A stretch of DNA of 64,000 nt from Octopus vulgaris (Eukaryota), in contig OX597836.1 in NCBI GenBank assembly GCA_951406725.2, positions 12,276,001 to 12,340,000 on the forward strand, given 5' to 3'. A model generated the notes under the pieces. That model made no database searches. It saw only the letters and a list, made by a program, of their open reading frames with translations, and was not told the DNA's origin. This document shows positions 24,499 to 37,504 of the stretch, piece after piece (the stretch's first letter is position 1; each line of letters opens with the position of its first letter). The position numbers and the translations under genes were made by a program.

Positions 24499-25104
24499 AA
24501 TAATAATAATAATAATAATGGGTGAAGCATTGTGTGATAATAGCCTTTATTCCATCTCACTTTTCTCCATGTGTCTTGATGAGGCGGCCCTAACCCAAAA
24601 TATCGAAATATGTAGTAAAACTTCAACTGTTCTATCTTTACTTATGTAGTTCAAAGAATTCAGATGGAATTTTATGATTATTGCAGTATTTTGTGAGTGA
24701 TGAATTGTAAAGGAAAGCAAAACAGCAAGTAGGTTAAATCTGTCATTTGCTGTAGCATGGTCGCCATTGAACGACGTAGATATTCTCTTAGAGAGGATTT
24801 ACAGGAAACACTACTAGATTATTGCTGGGAAAATCTGATGAAAATCCATAATTATTCTTCTGAAAAAAAAAAAAAAAAAACCGTATTGCATTATTCATCA
24901 AGTAATATTAATTAAACTGATGAATAACGAATATAAGCCAACTGGTCAGCTGCAAAGCTGTTTTTTTATTTTTTATCTTTTGATGTGAAAGAACCAGCAA
25001 CAGGAATCCCTCTTACCTCACCCTAACCCTCTTACTCTCTGTCTCTTTTACTGACTGTTTTGGATAAAATAAGACATTTCATCTAAAATGGCTATGTCTT
25101 TCCT

Positions 25105-25770
25105 TCACTTTTTACTTGATTCAGTCATTAGACTGTGGCCATGCTGGGGCACTGCCTCGAAGAATTTTTAGTCAAGCAAATTGAACCCAGTACATATTTT
25201 TTTCTTTTTTTTTTTAAGCCTGGTACTTATTCTATCGATCTCTTTTGCTGAACCGTTAAATTATGGGAACATAAACACACCAACACCTGTTATCAAGAGG
25301 TAGTAGGGAACACAAACACCTGTATATGTGTATACACACACACACACACATGCACGTGTGCACACACACGCGCACAATGGGCTTCTTTCAGTTTCTTATT
25401 TCTTTATTGCCCACAAGGGGCTAAACATAGAGGGGACAAACAAGGACAGACAAAGGGATTAAGTCGATTACATCGACCCCAGTGCGTAACTGGTACTTAA
25501 TTTATCGACCCCGAAAGGATGAAAGGCAAAGTCGACCTCGGCGGAATTTGAACTCAGAACGTAGCGGCAGACGAAATACTGCTAAGCATTTCGCCCGACG
25601 TGCTAATGTTTCTGCCAGCTTGCTTCTTTCAGTTTCTGTCTACCAAATCCACTGACAAGGCTTTGGTCATCCAGGGCCCATAGTTGAAGAAACTTGCTCA
25701 AGGTGCCACATGGCGGGACTGAACTCAGAACCATGCAGCCAGGAAACAAACTTCTTACCATACCACACAG
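25105..25770 (-). mobile_element. Family-A SINE containing a Meta-domain-like SINE at 25397-25621 with a 16-bp target-site duplication
   Basis: GCTTCTTTCAGTTTCT at 25381-25396 and 25622-25637. Confidence 0.9.
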
Positions 25771-26394
25771 CTAATTGTATTCATCTAGAATAGGCAATAT
25801 AGTCTTGTGATTGGAAGGTCAGGAAAAAGGCTTGAAGGCCATGCATGGAATGACTTTGCTTTGATCATGCTCTGTCAGAACTAACCTAGGGTCAAACTGC
25901 AACTGGTATTTAATGCTAATGTGTGTGATATAGGAAGATGAGGCTTTTGTTGTTGTTGTCATTATGCATGTGTGGGTGTAGAGGCATTCATGGATACATG
26001 TGCCTGCTTCCATGTTACTTCATGCGTGCTTATGTGTGTGTGTGTATATATATATATGTGTGTGTGTGTGGGTGTAATGATGTTAAAGTTACGTACTCAT
26101 TTGCATATTCATATTAGTGCTAATAAAATATTCATGAACTTAAGTTCTTATTGCTGATGTTGTTTAACCCCGGGCCATCTCCGATCAACCTCGTCTATTT
26201 ATGTTCTATAGCTTTCCAACCATAGCCATTAAATTACCCAATATCTCTCCCTCTCTCCCTCTCTTTCCCTCTCTCTCTATCTCTTTATCTCTTGCTTTCT
26301 TTTTGCTACTATTTTTCATTATCTCTTATGGACTGGTGAAGGCTTATGGCTCAGTGGTTAGACTGTTGGATTGTTCTAGAACGACTTGTATATA

Positions 26395-26776
26395 TCTATT
26401 ATATAAAATCCGTTCTGTCTGTCTGTGTGTGTCTTCTAGGATCTCGGGCATCCTCCATCCGATTGCGCTCAAATTTGATATGTAGATACCAACAGCATCA
26501 GGGCGTGTATAAGTCTTGAAAAAATTATAAAAATCGATTCCAGGTGAGAATGCGATCGATAAGGCCATAGGAACGTGCATTTATAAAATCATTTTTCTTG
26601 GAATAGAAAAAACAATCTATCCTTATTTCTTCTTTTGCTGGTGTCTCAAATTTAGGTTAAATCAGTGTTTCTCAAAAGGGAGGCCTATGGGACGGTCGGA
26701 CAAGTTGTTTTGAGAAAATTTGGTTTAAATGTCTGACAACTCAGCACCGTCCATTGGACGGGAGGCGTTTTGCTCG
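26395..26776 (+). mobile_element. Non-autonomous Helitron
   Basis: A|TCTATTATATAAAA start, (CTGT)n, ccgattgcgctcaaatttg motif, subterminal hairpin CCGTCC-att-GGACGG (26747-26761) and CTCG|T end. Confidence 0.75.
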
Positions 26777-27584
26777 TATAGATATATATATATATATATA
26801 TATGTACATGTATATATATATACACAAATACAGTCTTACACACAAACACATTCAAGCACACACATACACACACACGGACAGTAAATTATTTTTTTTGTTG
26901 TCAAAATACATTTACATATTCTTTTATGGTGATAAACACTTGAGTTTCTTGCCACTTATTTCGTTGGTGCCCACTGCCTACCCTGAGCCTTCCCCTACTG
27001 CACGTGACCGCTATACATATGTGCGTTTGTTTGTGTGCAAATACATACACACAGCTCAAGAGAGACAGACAGGGAAGGAAGGAAGGAAGGAAAGATGGAA
27101 TGGAAGTCTGTGAGAATTGCATATTTTAAGTAATTGAAGACAATAGCTGAGATGTTGAAACCGTGTTCGACAAGGTGTCAGAACCGTCCTCTCTTCATTG
27201 TTATCTTCATTCTAATCGTATCCTCCTCGGTACTTTTGCTGTATCGAATATTAAAGATCGTTTTTTTTGTTTTTTCCCCCCATCCTTCAAAACAAACCCT
27301 AACCCTTCCTCTCCCACCACACACAAGTAAAACAACAACAGCAAACAACCCACAGCCTTTAATTCCTTTATGAATAATACGGTTCTCACCACTCTACAAA
27401 TTTACATAGTGGAGTAAGTTCACACTCAGGAACTCGTCAGATGTTGTACATTGCCAAAACATCTTGTTTCGTCTCCTTCTGTAAACTCGTTAATTACGGA
27501 AAAAAAATATTTTGAGCCTAGCTGTACTTTCATGCTCACATATACATATGCACACACAGTTACACACACACTCACACACACATA

Positions 27585-27716
27585 TATGACCAAATCCACT
27601 AAGAAGGCTTTGGTGAGCCTGAGGCTATTATAGAAGACACTTGCCGAAGGTGCCACGCAGTGGGATTGAACCCAGAACCATGTGATTGGCTAGCCAACTT
27701 CTTACCACACAGCCAC
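27585..27716 (-). mobile_element. Family-A SINE 5' part
   Basis: accaaatccact...gaagacacttgccgaaggtgccacgcagtgggattgaacc. Confidence 0.85.
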
Positions 27717-28157
27717 ATGTTTATAGTTTATACCTTCATTTGAAGCTGACGATTTCACTCCATTGCTGCTCAGATATTTTCTCTGGTTAAAAGATCATCA
27801 TGTTTCTGTATAGGTATATATGTGTGTGTGTGTGTGTTTTGTATCAGTTTGTATAATAATGAATTTCTGAAGAATACTTTGTGTGTTTGAATATACATAT
27901 GGATGTATATAGTATCCGTAAAAATTTGGCAATGTGTTCAACTATTGGGTGTCAACCAGGTTGTAATATATTTGGAATAATTAAAATATTTTCTCTGCAA
28001 GAAATTTCAGTAATTCCACATGGGCTGTTCAACTATTTAATGTGTTTCCAATGAGATTACTAACTCTTTGAGGTGTGTGAGTGTAAAAATATACAGTCAG
28101 GAGGTTTGAGAGTTGAATATATATATACATTTATTTAACCAAGTGACTCCTATTAGA

Positions 28158-28285
28158 TTACAGCTGTTTCGCAACCTTTTTCATGTAGTATTAATTTTAG
28201 CATGCAAGAAATTATGTGAACATGTTTGCATTATTATTTATCCTTGGCATATATAGAATAAAGCAAGTTAGCTCATCAGGTCACC
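28158..28285 (-). ncRNA. Hammerhead-like motif with an expanded (~100-nt) helix II region
   Basis: Minus strand: gtgac-CTGATGA-GCtAACTT...AGGTTGC-GAAA-CAGCTG-TA, with palindromic helix III ACAGCTGT. Confidence 0.45.
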
Positions 28286-28562
28286 CGAACATTGTGGTTA
28301 TGTCAACATTTCAACTCTATGAATATACTTTCCTATTGTGTCATTCCAAGCATGTTTTCAAATGTATTTATATAAACCTCTGGGAATAATTTCATTGTTT
28401 AGATTTTGTGGGTTTTTTTCAATTACATGGCTACTTGACATTACTCTATTTTTTAATTGTTTACTATGTGGACTGATAGCCGAGTTCATAAGAGGAGCTT
28501 ACTGTGATAGTCATGCAATTCTCTCTGAATCTACATTGTATACTACTCTCACTCTCTTTCTC

Positions 28563-28593
<31 letters not shown>

Positions 28594-28675
28594 TATATCA
28601 ATGCTTGGGTTATAATAAGAACAATTTAATATTAAACTGGAAGATTACTCGATGCTTCTACAAGCAGGGAGAGTG

Positions 28676-28715
28676 ATAGTGACTTCAAAGTTTCTGCCTG
28701 TTTGGCCTTCATCAG
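28676..28715 (-). ncRNA. Penelope-type hammerhead motif, 5' helix I strand lost at a (TA)n junction
   Basis: Minus strand: CTGATGA-AGGCC aaaca GGCA-GAAA-CTT tg AAG-TC, with a GUC cleavage triplet. Confidence 0.55.
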
Positions 28716-28730
28716 ATATATATATATATA

Positions 28731-28921
28731 GAGAAAGTTTACGAAAAAAAACAAAAGACGAAGACAGGTGGTGTACAAAACAAACAGATGTATTAGTATA
28801 GTGCTCAGGAATAGAAAAAGTCTTTTACGTTTTGAGCCTACGCTCTTCTACAGAAAGGTACACAGAAAAAACAAGGAGAGAAAAAAAATGTGTGTAGTGA
28901 CTAGCGATCTATCATGGCGAC
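28731..28921 (-). mobile_element. ~190-bp Penelope-like terminal-repeat element inserted in (TA)n, with a mutated minimal hammerhead at 28822-28857
   Basis: Minus strand: CTTT-CTGtAGA-A-GAGC gtag GCTC-aAAA-CGTA-AAAG; (TA)n on both sides. Confidence 0.6.
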
Positions 28922-29559
28922 TATATATATATATATATGACTAGTACTCAACACACAGAATGTATTCGAAACCTAAGATAAATGAAAAATAGTTAGTCTT
29001 CTAAGAGCTTGGCAGTGAGACTGTAAACAGATGTAAATACACTTAATTATTCTCTTTGCAAACACACAAAGAAATAAGATAATAATAATAAAAGATCTGG
29101 TCCTTGCATGTGTTATGGTTCATTGACCATTAACCAAGCCACAAAGTATCCCACTCAATTTTCTGTCCTGCCTGAGATCCTAGAGCAGGTCACTATTTAC
29201 ATCAAACACAAACCTGGCCTGTGCTGTAATGGCAACACTAATATCCATATGACGTATAAATACATCAGCATTGTAATTAATCAATTGATAGATATTTTTT
29301 GCACAAAACAGAATGCTTTAGAAGCTTAAGACAAAAGTATAATCGTTAACTAATGGATTTTAACGAGAAGGGGTGTTTGTCTTATATTTATTTTATAAGC
29401 CGTTGTTACAAAGCATTTATTGTTCGCTTCGTGCAGAGACAATTCTGCTGACAGTTCTCTCAGGACATTGATTTCCCGTCAGATGACTAGGAACCCTTCG
29501 AATTCCTACACGCAGAGGGAGCCTACAATGAAGTACTCTTCAATTCAAACACACTGCAT

Positions 29560-29640
29560 TATATATGTATGAATAGATGAATAGATATGTATGTGTATAT
29601 ATGTATGCATGTATATAGACTTATGTGTGGGAGTGTGGAC

Positions 29641-29673
<33 letters not shown>

Positions 29674-29708
29674 GTGTGTGTGTGTATGTATATATATATA
29701 TATGTATG

Positions 29709-29779
<71 letters not shown>

Positions 29780-29866
29780 ATATATATATGTATATATGTA
29801 TGTATATATGTATATGTATATATGTATGTATATATGTATGTATATATGTATATATATATATGTATG

Positions 29867-29937
<71 letters not shown>

Positions 29938-30035
29938 ATATATATACACATATATATATATATATATATTTCTATGTGTATATATATATATATACACATA
30001 CATATATATATATGTATATATATATATACATATAC

Positions 30036-30086
<51 letters not shown>

Positions 30087-30102
30087 CATATATATATATG
30101 TA

Positions 30103-30140
<38 letters not shown>

Positions 30141-30239
30141 CATATATATATGTATATATGTATATATATATGTATATATATATATATGCACATACATATA
30201 TATATACATATATATATATACACATACATATATATATAC

Positions 30240-30282
<43 letters not shown>

Positions 30283-30300
30283 TAAGTATGTATGTATATC
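29560..30300. repeat. Long interrupted (TA)n tract
   Basis: Direct inspection. Confidence 0.95.
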
Positions 30301-30779
30301 AACATATCAGTGATATCTCCTTGTCGATAAATTTTGACAAACATTGCTTAGTGTATGGTGAGATATTGAAATTGGTATGTTTGTATGTCTGTGCGTGTGT
30401 ATATATGCTTGTATATATATATATATATGAGATCAGCAGCAGATCTCACTGCCAATTCTCTTCTATTCTTTCTGATTGATCTGCTGGAAATAATGTTTTG
30501 TCATTGACGTGAATGAGTAGTGCTAAAAGAATGGCCAATGTTTACATCCTTCACCGAGGTCGTTGTTAATTCTGTTGACTCTCCAAGACATTAGATTTCA
30601 TTGCACTAACTCACATCTCCCCTCCCCCCATTTCCCCCCTCCTTCAACATATATGCGGCGTGCGTGCTTTGTGTGTGTATATATGTGTGTGTGTGTGTGT
30701 ATTCAATTTTTTAGTTTTGCAATATTCTGAATCAAACAGCGTTTTACTTATCTGTATTAAACAGAGAATCATTGATTTT

Positions 30780-30977
30780 ACATATATACAAACGTGTATG
30801 TATGTATGTATGTATGTATATATAATACACATACACACACATATATATGCATATATATGCGTGTGTGTCTATATATACACACACACGTGAACATACGCAC
30901 ACATGTATACATATATATATACACACATATATGTATAAATGCATGTATATTTATCACTATATATATGTGTGCATAAC

Positions 30978-31034
<57 letters not shown>

Positions 31035-31035
31035 G

Positions 31036-31066
<31 letters not shown>

Positions 31067-31079
31067 GTATATATATATG

Positions 31080-31178
<99 letters not shown>

Positions 31179-31284
31179 GTATATATATATATGTATATAT
31201 ATATATATGTATATATATATATAGTATATACATATATATATATATGTATATATGTATATATATGTATATATATATATGTATATA

Positions 31285-31333
<49 letters not shown>

Positions 31334-31630
31334 GTATTATATGTATGTATGTGTATATGTATTATATGTATGTGTATATGTATTATATGTATGTGTGTGT
31401 ATATATATATGTATGTATATATATATATGGTAATATGTGTATAAATAATGTATTTATATGTGTGTGTATGTATTATGTGTGTATGTATATATATATATCT
31501 ATACACACACACACACACATATAAGGTAATATTTGTGTATGAATATGTATTTATATATATATGTGTGTATGTATGTATATATATATGTGTGTGTATATAT
31601 TCTCTGTGCACATGTACATACACACATATA
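30780..31630. repeat. Long interrupted (TA)n/(TG)n tract
   Basis: Direct inspection. Confidence 0.95.
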
Positions 31631-31882
31631 CAAAATAAGTATTATTGTATTCATTCTGCATTTGTTAGTCTCTTTCAACACCTCACCATACCCCCAACTT
31701 CTTCCTCCTTTGTTCCTTCAGTTCTCTCTCTCTTTCTCTCTCTCCTTCTCTGTCTCTCTCTCTCCCTCCCTCACACACACTCGCCCATCCATCCAGTTTG
31801 TGTATTGTTAATGGAATCATAACTTAATCAAATATAGAGATTAATTAAATATTAGTACTGAACAGGGGTGGGGGACGATCTC

Positions 31883-31919
<37 letters not shown>

Positions 31920-31953
31920 AGTGTGTTTTAGTGCGTATGCATTTGTGTGTGTT

Positions 31954-31995
<42 letters not shown>

Positions 31996-32225
31996 CACGC
32001 ACACACATATATGTATGAGTGAAGACGTATTGATGTATATATGTGTATATATGTGTCTCTTGGAATGGAATATGTGTGGGGTCGTATCAATGTGTATGTA
32101 TTTATGTATATATATATATGTGTGTGAGTGTGCATATATTTTTGTAGCTATATATATGAGTGTATGTAAATGTGTATATGTGTGTAGCTATGTATGTGTG
32201 TGCATGTAGGTGTGTACGCATATCA

Positions 32226-32270
<45 letters not shown>

Positions 32271-32535
32271 CCATTTATATATATGTGTGTGTGTGTACTC
32301 CATTTGTGTTCTTATTCTCACTACTTACCTCTATCTCTCCCCCCTCTTCCTTCTCCCCCCCCCCTCTTATTCTCTTTTTGACAATTATTGTCACTTTTAA
32401 GTTTTCTTTGTATATTCAATAAATTTACTTTCTACCTTGCTGCACTCAGTTTCTCTCTCTCTCTCTCTGTACATATATGCATATATATATGTATATATAT
32501 ACATACATACATACATACATACATAGATGTGTGTG

Positions 32536-32900
32536 TGTGAAGGTGCATGGCTCAGTGGTTAGAGCGTCAAGCTTACGATAATCAAGTTGTGAGTTCGATT
32601 CCCGGACCGGGCTGCGTGTTGTGTTCTTGAGCAAGACTCTTTACTTCACGTTGCTCCAGGTCACTCACCTGTTGGAATGAGCTGCGATGTCACAGGTGCC
32701 AAGCTGTATCGGCCTTTGCCTTTCCCTTGGATGACATCGGTGGCATGGAAAGGGGCGGCTGGTATGCATGGGCGACTGTGGGTCTTCCATAAAAACAACC
32801 CTAGGTTGTTCGTTCGCCGGTGAGATGACTTCCCACCCAGACTCGTACACCCCGAGGGGAACCTCTTAGGTGCACCCATTGTCATTCGTGACCGACAGAG
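32536..32900 (+). mobile_element. Family-C SINE with a tRNA-Arg-like head, near full length
   Basis: TGGCTCAGTGG A box, ttACGat anticodon-like loop, GAGTTCGATTCC B box, then gttcttgagcaagac; shorter copies at 26337, 34812 and 36351. Confidence 0.85.
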
Positions 32901-32910
32901 TTGAAAATAA

Positions 32911-32966
<56 letters not shown>

Positions 32967-33007
32967 ATGTGTCTATTTCCTATGTATCTCTCTCTCTTTC
33001 CTATGCA

Positions 33008-33043
<36 letters not shown>

Positions 33044-33419
33044 ACATTATATGTATATATATATATGTCCTTCTATGAAACTCTGCCCTATATCTCTGTC
33101 TATACTTTTCTGTCTCTCTGAATATATATATATATATGTGTGTGTGTGTAGTTTAGGACAATCAGTAAGTTGTCATAATAGGACTCAGAGTTTCAAATGC
33201 TGGAAGTAAGAACTATGATGCATTCTCATTGGGTATTATTTTTATTATTGTTATTCTTATTATTATTATTATTATTATAAATATATATATGTGTGTATGT
33301 ATGTATATGTTTATTTATATATATATGTAAATATATAAATGTATATATATGTAAATATATATATATGTAAATATATATGTATATATGTAAATATGTATGT
33401 ATATATGTAAATATGTATG

Positions 33420-33452
<33 letters not shown>

Positions 33453-34148
33453 ACAGATATGTGGTTTTTGTCTCATATCATTTCAATTTTCTATTTTATT
33501 TTCTATTCCACCCCCCCCCCCACCCCATGCATTTATATACTTTCTCTATTCTTCTTTTCTGAACATTTCTTTTTCTACACGAGAGGGAGGGGTGGTGGTC
33601 GTGGTCATGGTCGGTAGGTAGGATGGCGTTGGCAATAGTTTCGGTGAAGACATTTGAATATTTCACTGGTTTTCTGATACTTTAACCATCTCCGTAGATC
33701 ACAGAGCTGGCGAAGAAACTGAATGAATTGTGTTTGTTCTTGAAATTAATGTACACTTTTCTTCTATCGAAAATTATTCTAATTTGATTGATTCTAAAAC
33801 ATGGAAAAGAGAAAAAATGATAATAATAATAAGATGAAAGTCGGAAAAAAGATAAATAAATAGAATTTTTAAAAATTGTATTTCCACCGCTACCATCACC
33901 ACCCTGCTTCGTCTTCCTGCACCAACCAGACTTTGAATTTTCGAATGTTAACTTTCTGCAGAGAAGGTGAACAGCATGCTGTGTTGGCAGCGGTGGTGGT
34001 GGTGGTGGTGGTGGTGGTAGTGGTGGTGGTAGCGGTGGCAGTGTCAGCGGCGGTGGTGGTGGTGTCAGGGAGAGAAAGATGGAGAGAAAAAGAGAGAGAC
34101 AGACAGAGACAGAGAAAAACCGAGAGAGAGAGAAATACAGACAGAGAA

Positions 34149-34179
<31 letters not shown>

Positions 34180-34959
34180 AAGCAAAAGACGAAGAAAGTG
34201 AAAGAGAGAAAGACAGAGACAGAGAAAGACCGAGAGAGAGAAATACAGACAGAGAGATAGTGAGAGAGAGAGAAAGAGAGACAAAGAGAGAAAGCGAAAG
34301 ACAAAGAAAGTGAGAGAGAGAGAGAGAGAGAAAGATGGATAAAGAGAGAGCAAAGGAATTATAAGAAAGCAAAATACCAACATTATCGTTAAAGAATGCA
34401 TTATTATTGTTATTATTATTATTATCATTATTATTATTATCACGATCATTATTATCGTTGTTGTTGTTGTTATCACAAAAGAAATATTCAACTGGTAAGC
34501 GAATCAATTATTGTATATTGTATATATTATAGATCTCGTTATTGATTCCTCTTCTGCTAGTTTCGGTGGTTGGCGAGGTAACAATGGAATGGTAACCACC
34601 TTTTTTTTTATGGGGTTTTTTTTCTCTTAATGAAACCAAAACCGTTTATCGTACAGAGCATGCCCAGTGCAGTTTGCCGTTTCTGTTACATGACCCTGGG
34701 TCATCTCTGATCGAGCCAACACCCCTTCCCCGTTGCCCTGCCTTATATGCATTTTGGCCGTGAGGAAATGGTTGTTTTTGTTTATCTGTTTATTCTATGA
34801 TGGTTGTATCTGTGAAGGCACATGGCCCGGTGGTTAGGGTGTTGCACTCTCGATTGTAAGATCTTGCTTTCAATTCCTAGTCAGGGCAGTGTATTGCGTT
34901 TTCCAGCAAAGCACTTTTGTTTCACTTTGCTCAAGGCAGGCGGATAATAAATCTGAAGG

Positions 34960-35031
34960 TAGAAAGGTAGATGTATCTAGTTAGATAGACAGGTAGATAG
35001 TTAAGCAGCTAGGCAGGTAGATATGTTTAGG

Positions 35032-35062
<31 letters not shown>

Positions 35063-35129
35063 TTAAATAGGTAGACAGGTAGGTAGGTAGGTAGGTAGAT
35101 AGATAGGGAGGGAGGGAGATATATTTAGG

Positions 35130-35172
<43 letters not shown>

Positions 35173-35378
35173 GTAGGTATGTAGTTAGATAGGTAGGGAG
35201 GGAGGGAGGGATATATATTTAGGTAGATAAATAGTTAGGTAGATAAGCAGCTAGGTATGTAGATAGATAGATAGATAGATAGATAGGTAGGTAGGTAGGT
35301 AGGCAGGCAGGCATATTTAGTTAGATGGCTAGATAGGCAGGTATATATATTTAGAGAGATAGCTAGATAGGCAGGTAG

Positions 35379-35413
<35 letters not shown>

Positions 35414-35690
35414 AAGAGAGATAGATTGATAGATAGCCAGGTACGAAGGTAAGTAGATAAATAGCAAGATAGGCAAGTAGATAGATAGTTAGGTAGGTAG
35501 GCAGGTAGATCTATTTAGGTCGATAGATAGTTAGATAGGTAAACAGGTGGGTAGGTAGAATTATTTAGGTGGACAGATAGCTAGATAGGTAAGCTGAAAA
35601 GAAGATAGATATATTTAGGCAGGTAGATAGGTAGGCCAGTAGGTATGTAGATATAGATAGGCAAGTAGTTGAGTTGGTTGATGGATGGAT
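34960..35690. repeat. (GATA)/(GGTA)/(GGCA) tetranucleotide tract
   Basis: Direct inspection. Confidence 0.95.
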
Positions 35691-35819
35691 AGTTTGTTCT
35701 TCCTTCCTTCTGAATTCCATACAAACGGAATTATTTGCTATTGGTATGTATGAACTTAAAGCCATCGTGTGAAACTTCAGAGACACGGAAACGTTTTATG
35801 TCATCGACGCAGCGAATTT

Positions 35820-35866
35820 TATTAACTCCCAGAATGCACCTGTCAGTGCATTCTGGGAGTTTAATA
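35820..35866. promoter_or_regulatory. Perfect 16-bp inverted repeat, each arm resembling a ZNF143/Staf site
   Basis: AACTCCCAGAATGCAC-ctgtca-GTGCATTCTGGGAGTT; the hairpin is certain, the regulatory call is an inference. Confidence 0.4.
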
Positions 35867-36294
35867 TAAGAACCTCATTAAGAAACATGTGAAAATTTGA
35901 AAATCCACCAGATCAAATGTGAGCAAAATTGTGTAGAACTAGCAGACATAGCGCCAACTCTATTTTGATATTGAGGAACCACAGTAATCATAGAAAAACC
36001 ATCAACTGGAATAATCATAATGTGTATCTGCTATCAGACTTATCAGCTCGTCTTCTATGGAACCATTGCTGTAGTCTTTCGGATCCTTAATCTTGCCATT
36101 AAGTCTTCAAAGGAGAGTAAATTATGGAACATAACCTCGGTAAACAGTCGCTAAAACTTCAAAGGCGTCTCGGAATCTTTTGAAGAATTTCGATTCTCCT
36201 TTTAGCATCCGCATCCCTTGATTGGGTTGGGACAATTCATATCATTTATCTTCTCCTTTATGTTGGAATTCTCTATCCTCGGTTATTCTATGCG

Positions 36295-36338
<44 letters not shown>

Positions 36339-36774
36339 TAGTGTGTGTGTGTGAAGGTACATGGCTTAGTGGTTGGAGCATAGCACTCATGATCAGAGAA
36401 TTGTGGTTTCAATTCCTGGACTGGACGGTTTACTGCCCAACTGCATGGTTCCTGTGCCTATATAGTCAGGAAAATATTTTCGAGCATTAACCTCTTAACA
36501 TAGACATTTTTTTTTCCAATTTCCATGCAAAAAATATATTTTTTTTTTATTATCTACTTTGAATCTGTATATTAGGAAGAACAATTACACAAATTATTTT
36601 GGATCAGTTTTTGATTTATTATGAAATTACCAATAGAAATTCTAGTTGCTGATAGTTAATGATAGAAAATGAGAATAAAATCATGAACGAAGTATTTTGG
36701 TTTAGAAATAAATGACAAATACCTCAGAGCACAGTGAACATATATTTTCATTCAAATATATATTTACTAATATA

Positions 36775-36898
36775 CAGGGTGTCCCAAAAAATGTATACAC
36801 ACCTTAAATAATTGTAAATTTGTTATTCTTTGTAAGCCTAATACTTATTCTATCATTCTCTTTTGCCAAACCACTATGTGTATACATTTTTTTGGGAC

Positions 36899-36904
<6 letters not shown>
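36775..36904. mobile_element. 130-bp Tc1/mariner-type MITE with ~27-bp terminal inverted repeats and TA flanks
   Basis: TA|CAGGGTGTCCCAAAAAATGTATACACA ... TGTGTATACATTTTTTTGGGACACCCTA|TA. Confidence 0.85.
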
Positions 36905-36969
<65 letters not shown>

Positions 36970-36974
36970 ATATG

Positions 36975-37110
36975 TATGCGACAGGCTTCTTTCAGTTTCT
37001 GTCTACCAAATCCACTCACAAGGCTTTGGTCAGCTAAAGGCTATAGTAGAAGACACTTGCCCAAGGTGCCACGCAGAGGGACTGAACCCAGAACCATGTG
37101 GTTGGACAGC
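36975..37110 (-). mobile_element. Family-A SINE 5' half
   Basis: gacaggcttctttcagtttctgtctaccaaatccactcacaagg...actgaacccagaaccatgtggttgg. Confidence 0.85.
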
Positions 37111-37236
37111 AAATCTGAATGAAAATATACAGGATAATAGGATAATATGTTAAGCTAAAGCTTGCATACAGGACCCAGGGGGATTTTTTTTGTTTTTTCC
37201 TTTTTGAATCAAGTACATCTTATAAACCATCAAATA

Positions 37237-37470
37237 CCTATTTCTTTACTACCCACAAGGGACTAAATACAGATAGGACAAACAAGGACAGACAAACAGA
37301 TTAAGTCGATTAAATCGACCCCAGTGCGTAACTGGTACTTAATTTATCGACCCCGAAAGGATGAAAGGCAAAGTTGACCTCGGCGGAATTTGAACTCAGA
37401 ATGTGAAGACAGACGAAATACCGCTAAGCATTCTGTCCGACGTGTTAACGATTCTGCCAGCTCGCCGCCT
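37237..37470 (-). mobile_element. Full-length Meta-domain-like SINE; probable target-site duplication TCAAATA
   Basis: Reverse complement of 23284-23515; TCAAATA at 37230-37236 and 37471-37477. Confidence 0.9.
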
Positions 37471-37504
37471 TCAAATATGGTAGATATATGGGTGGGTGGG
37501 CGTG

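Noticed and set aside
30437-30486. CAGCAGATC...GATCTGCTG inverted repeat
   Set aside because: Only a 9-bp stem with an unpaired pyrimidine interior; expected by chance at this scale
36200-36283. Minus-strand peptide ending ...CPNPIKGCGC*, resembling a Rab CXC tail
   Set aside because: In-frame stop immediately upstream, no polypyrimidine acceptor and no other Rab exons seen
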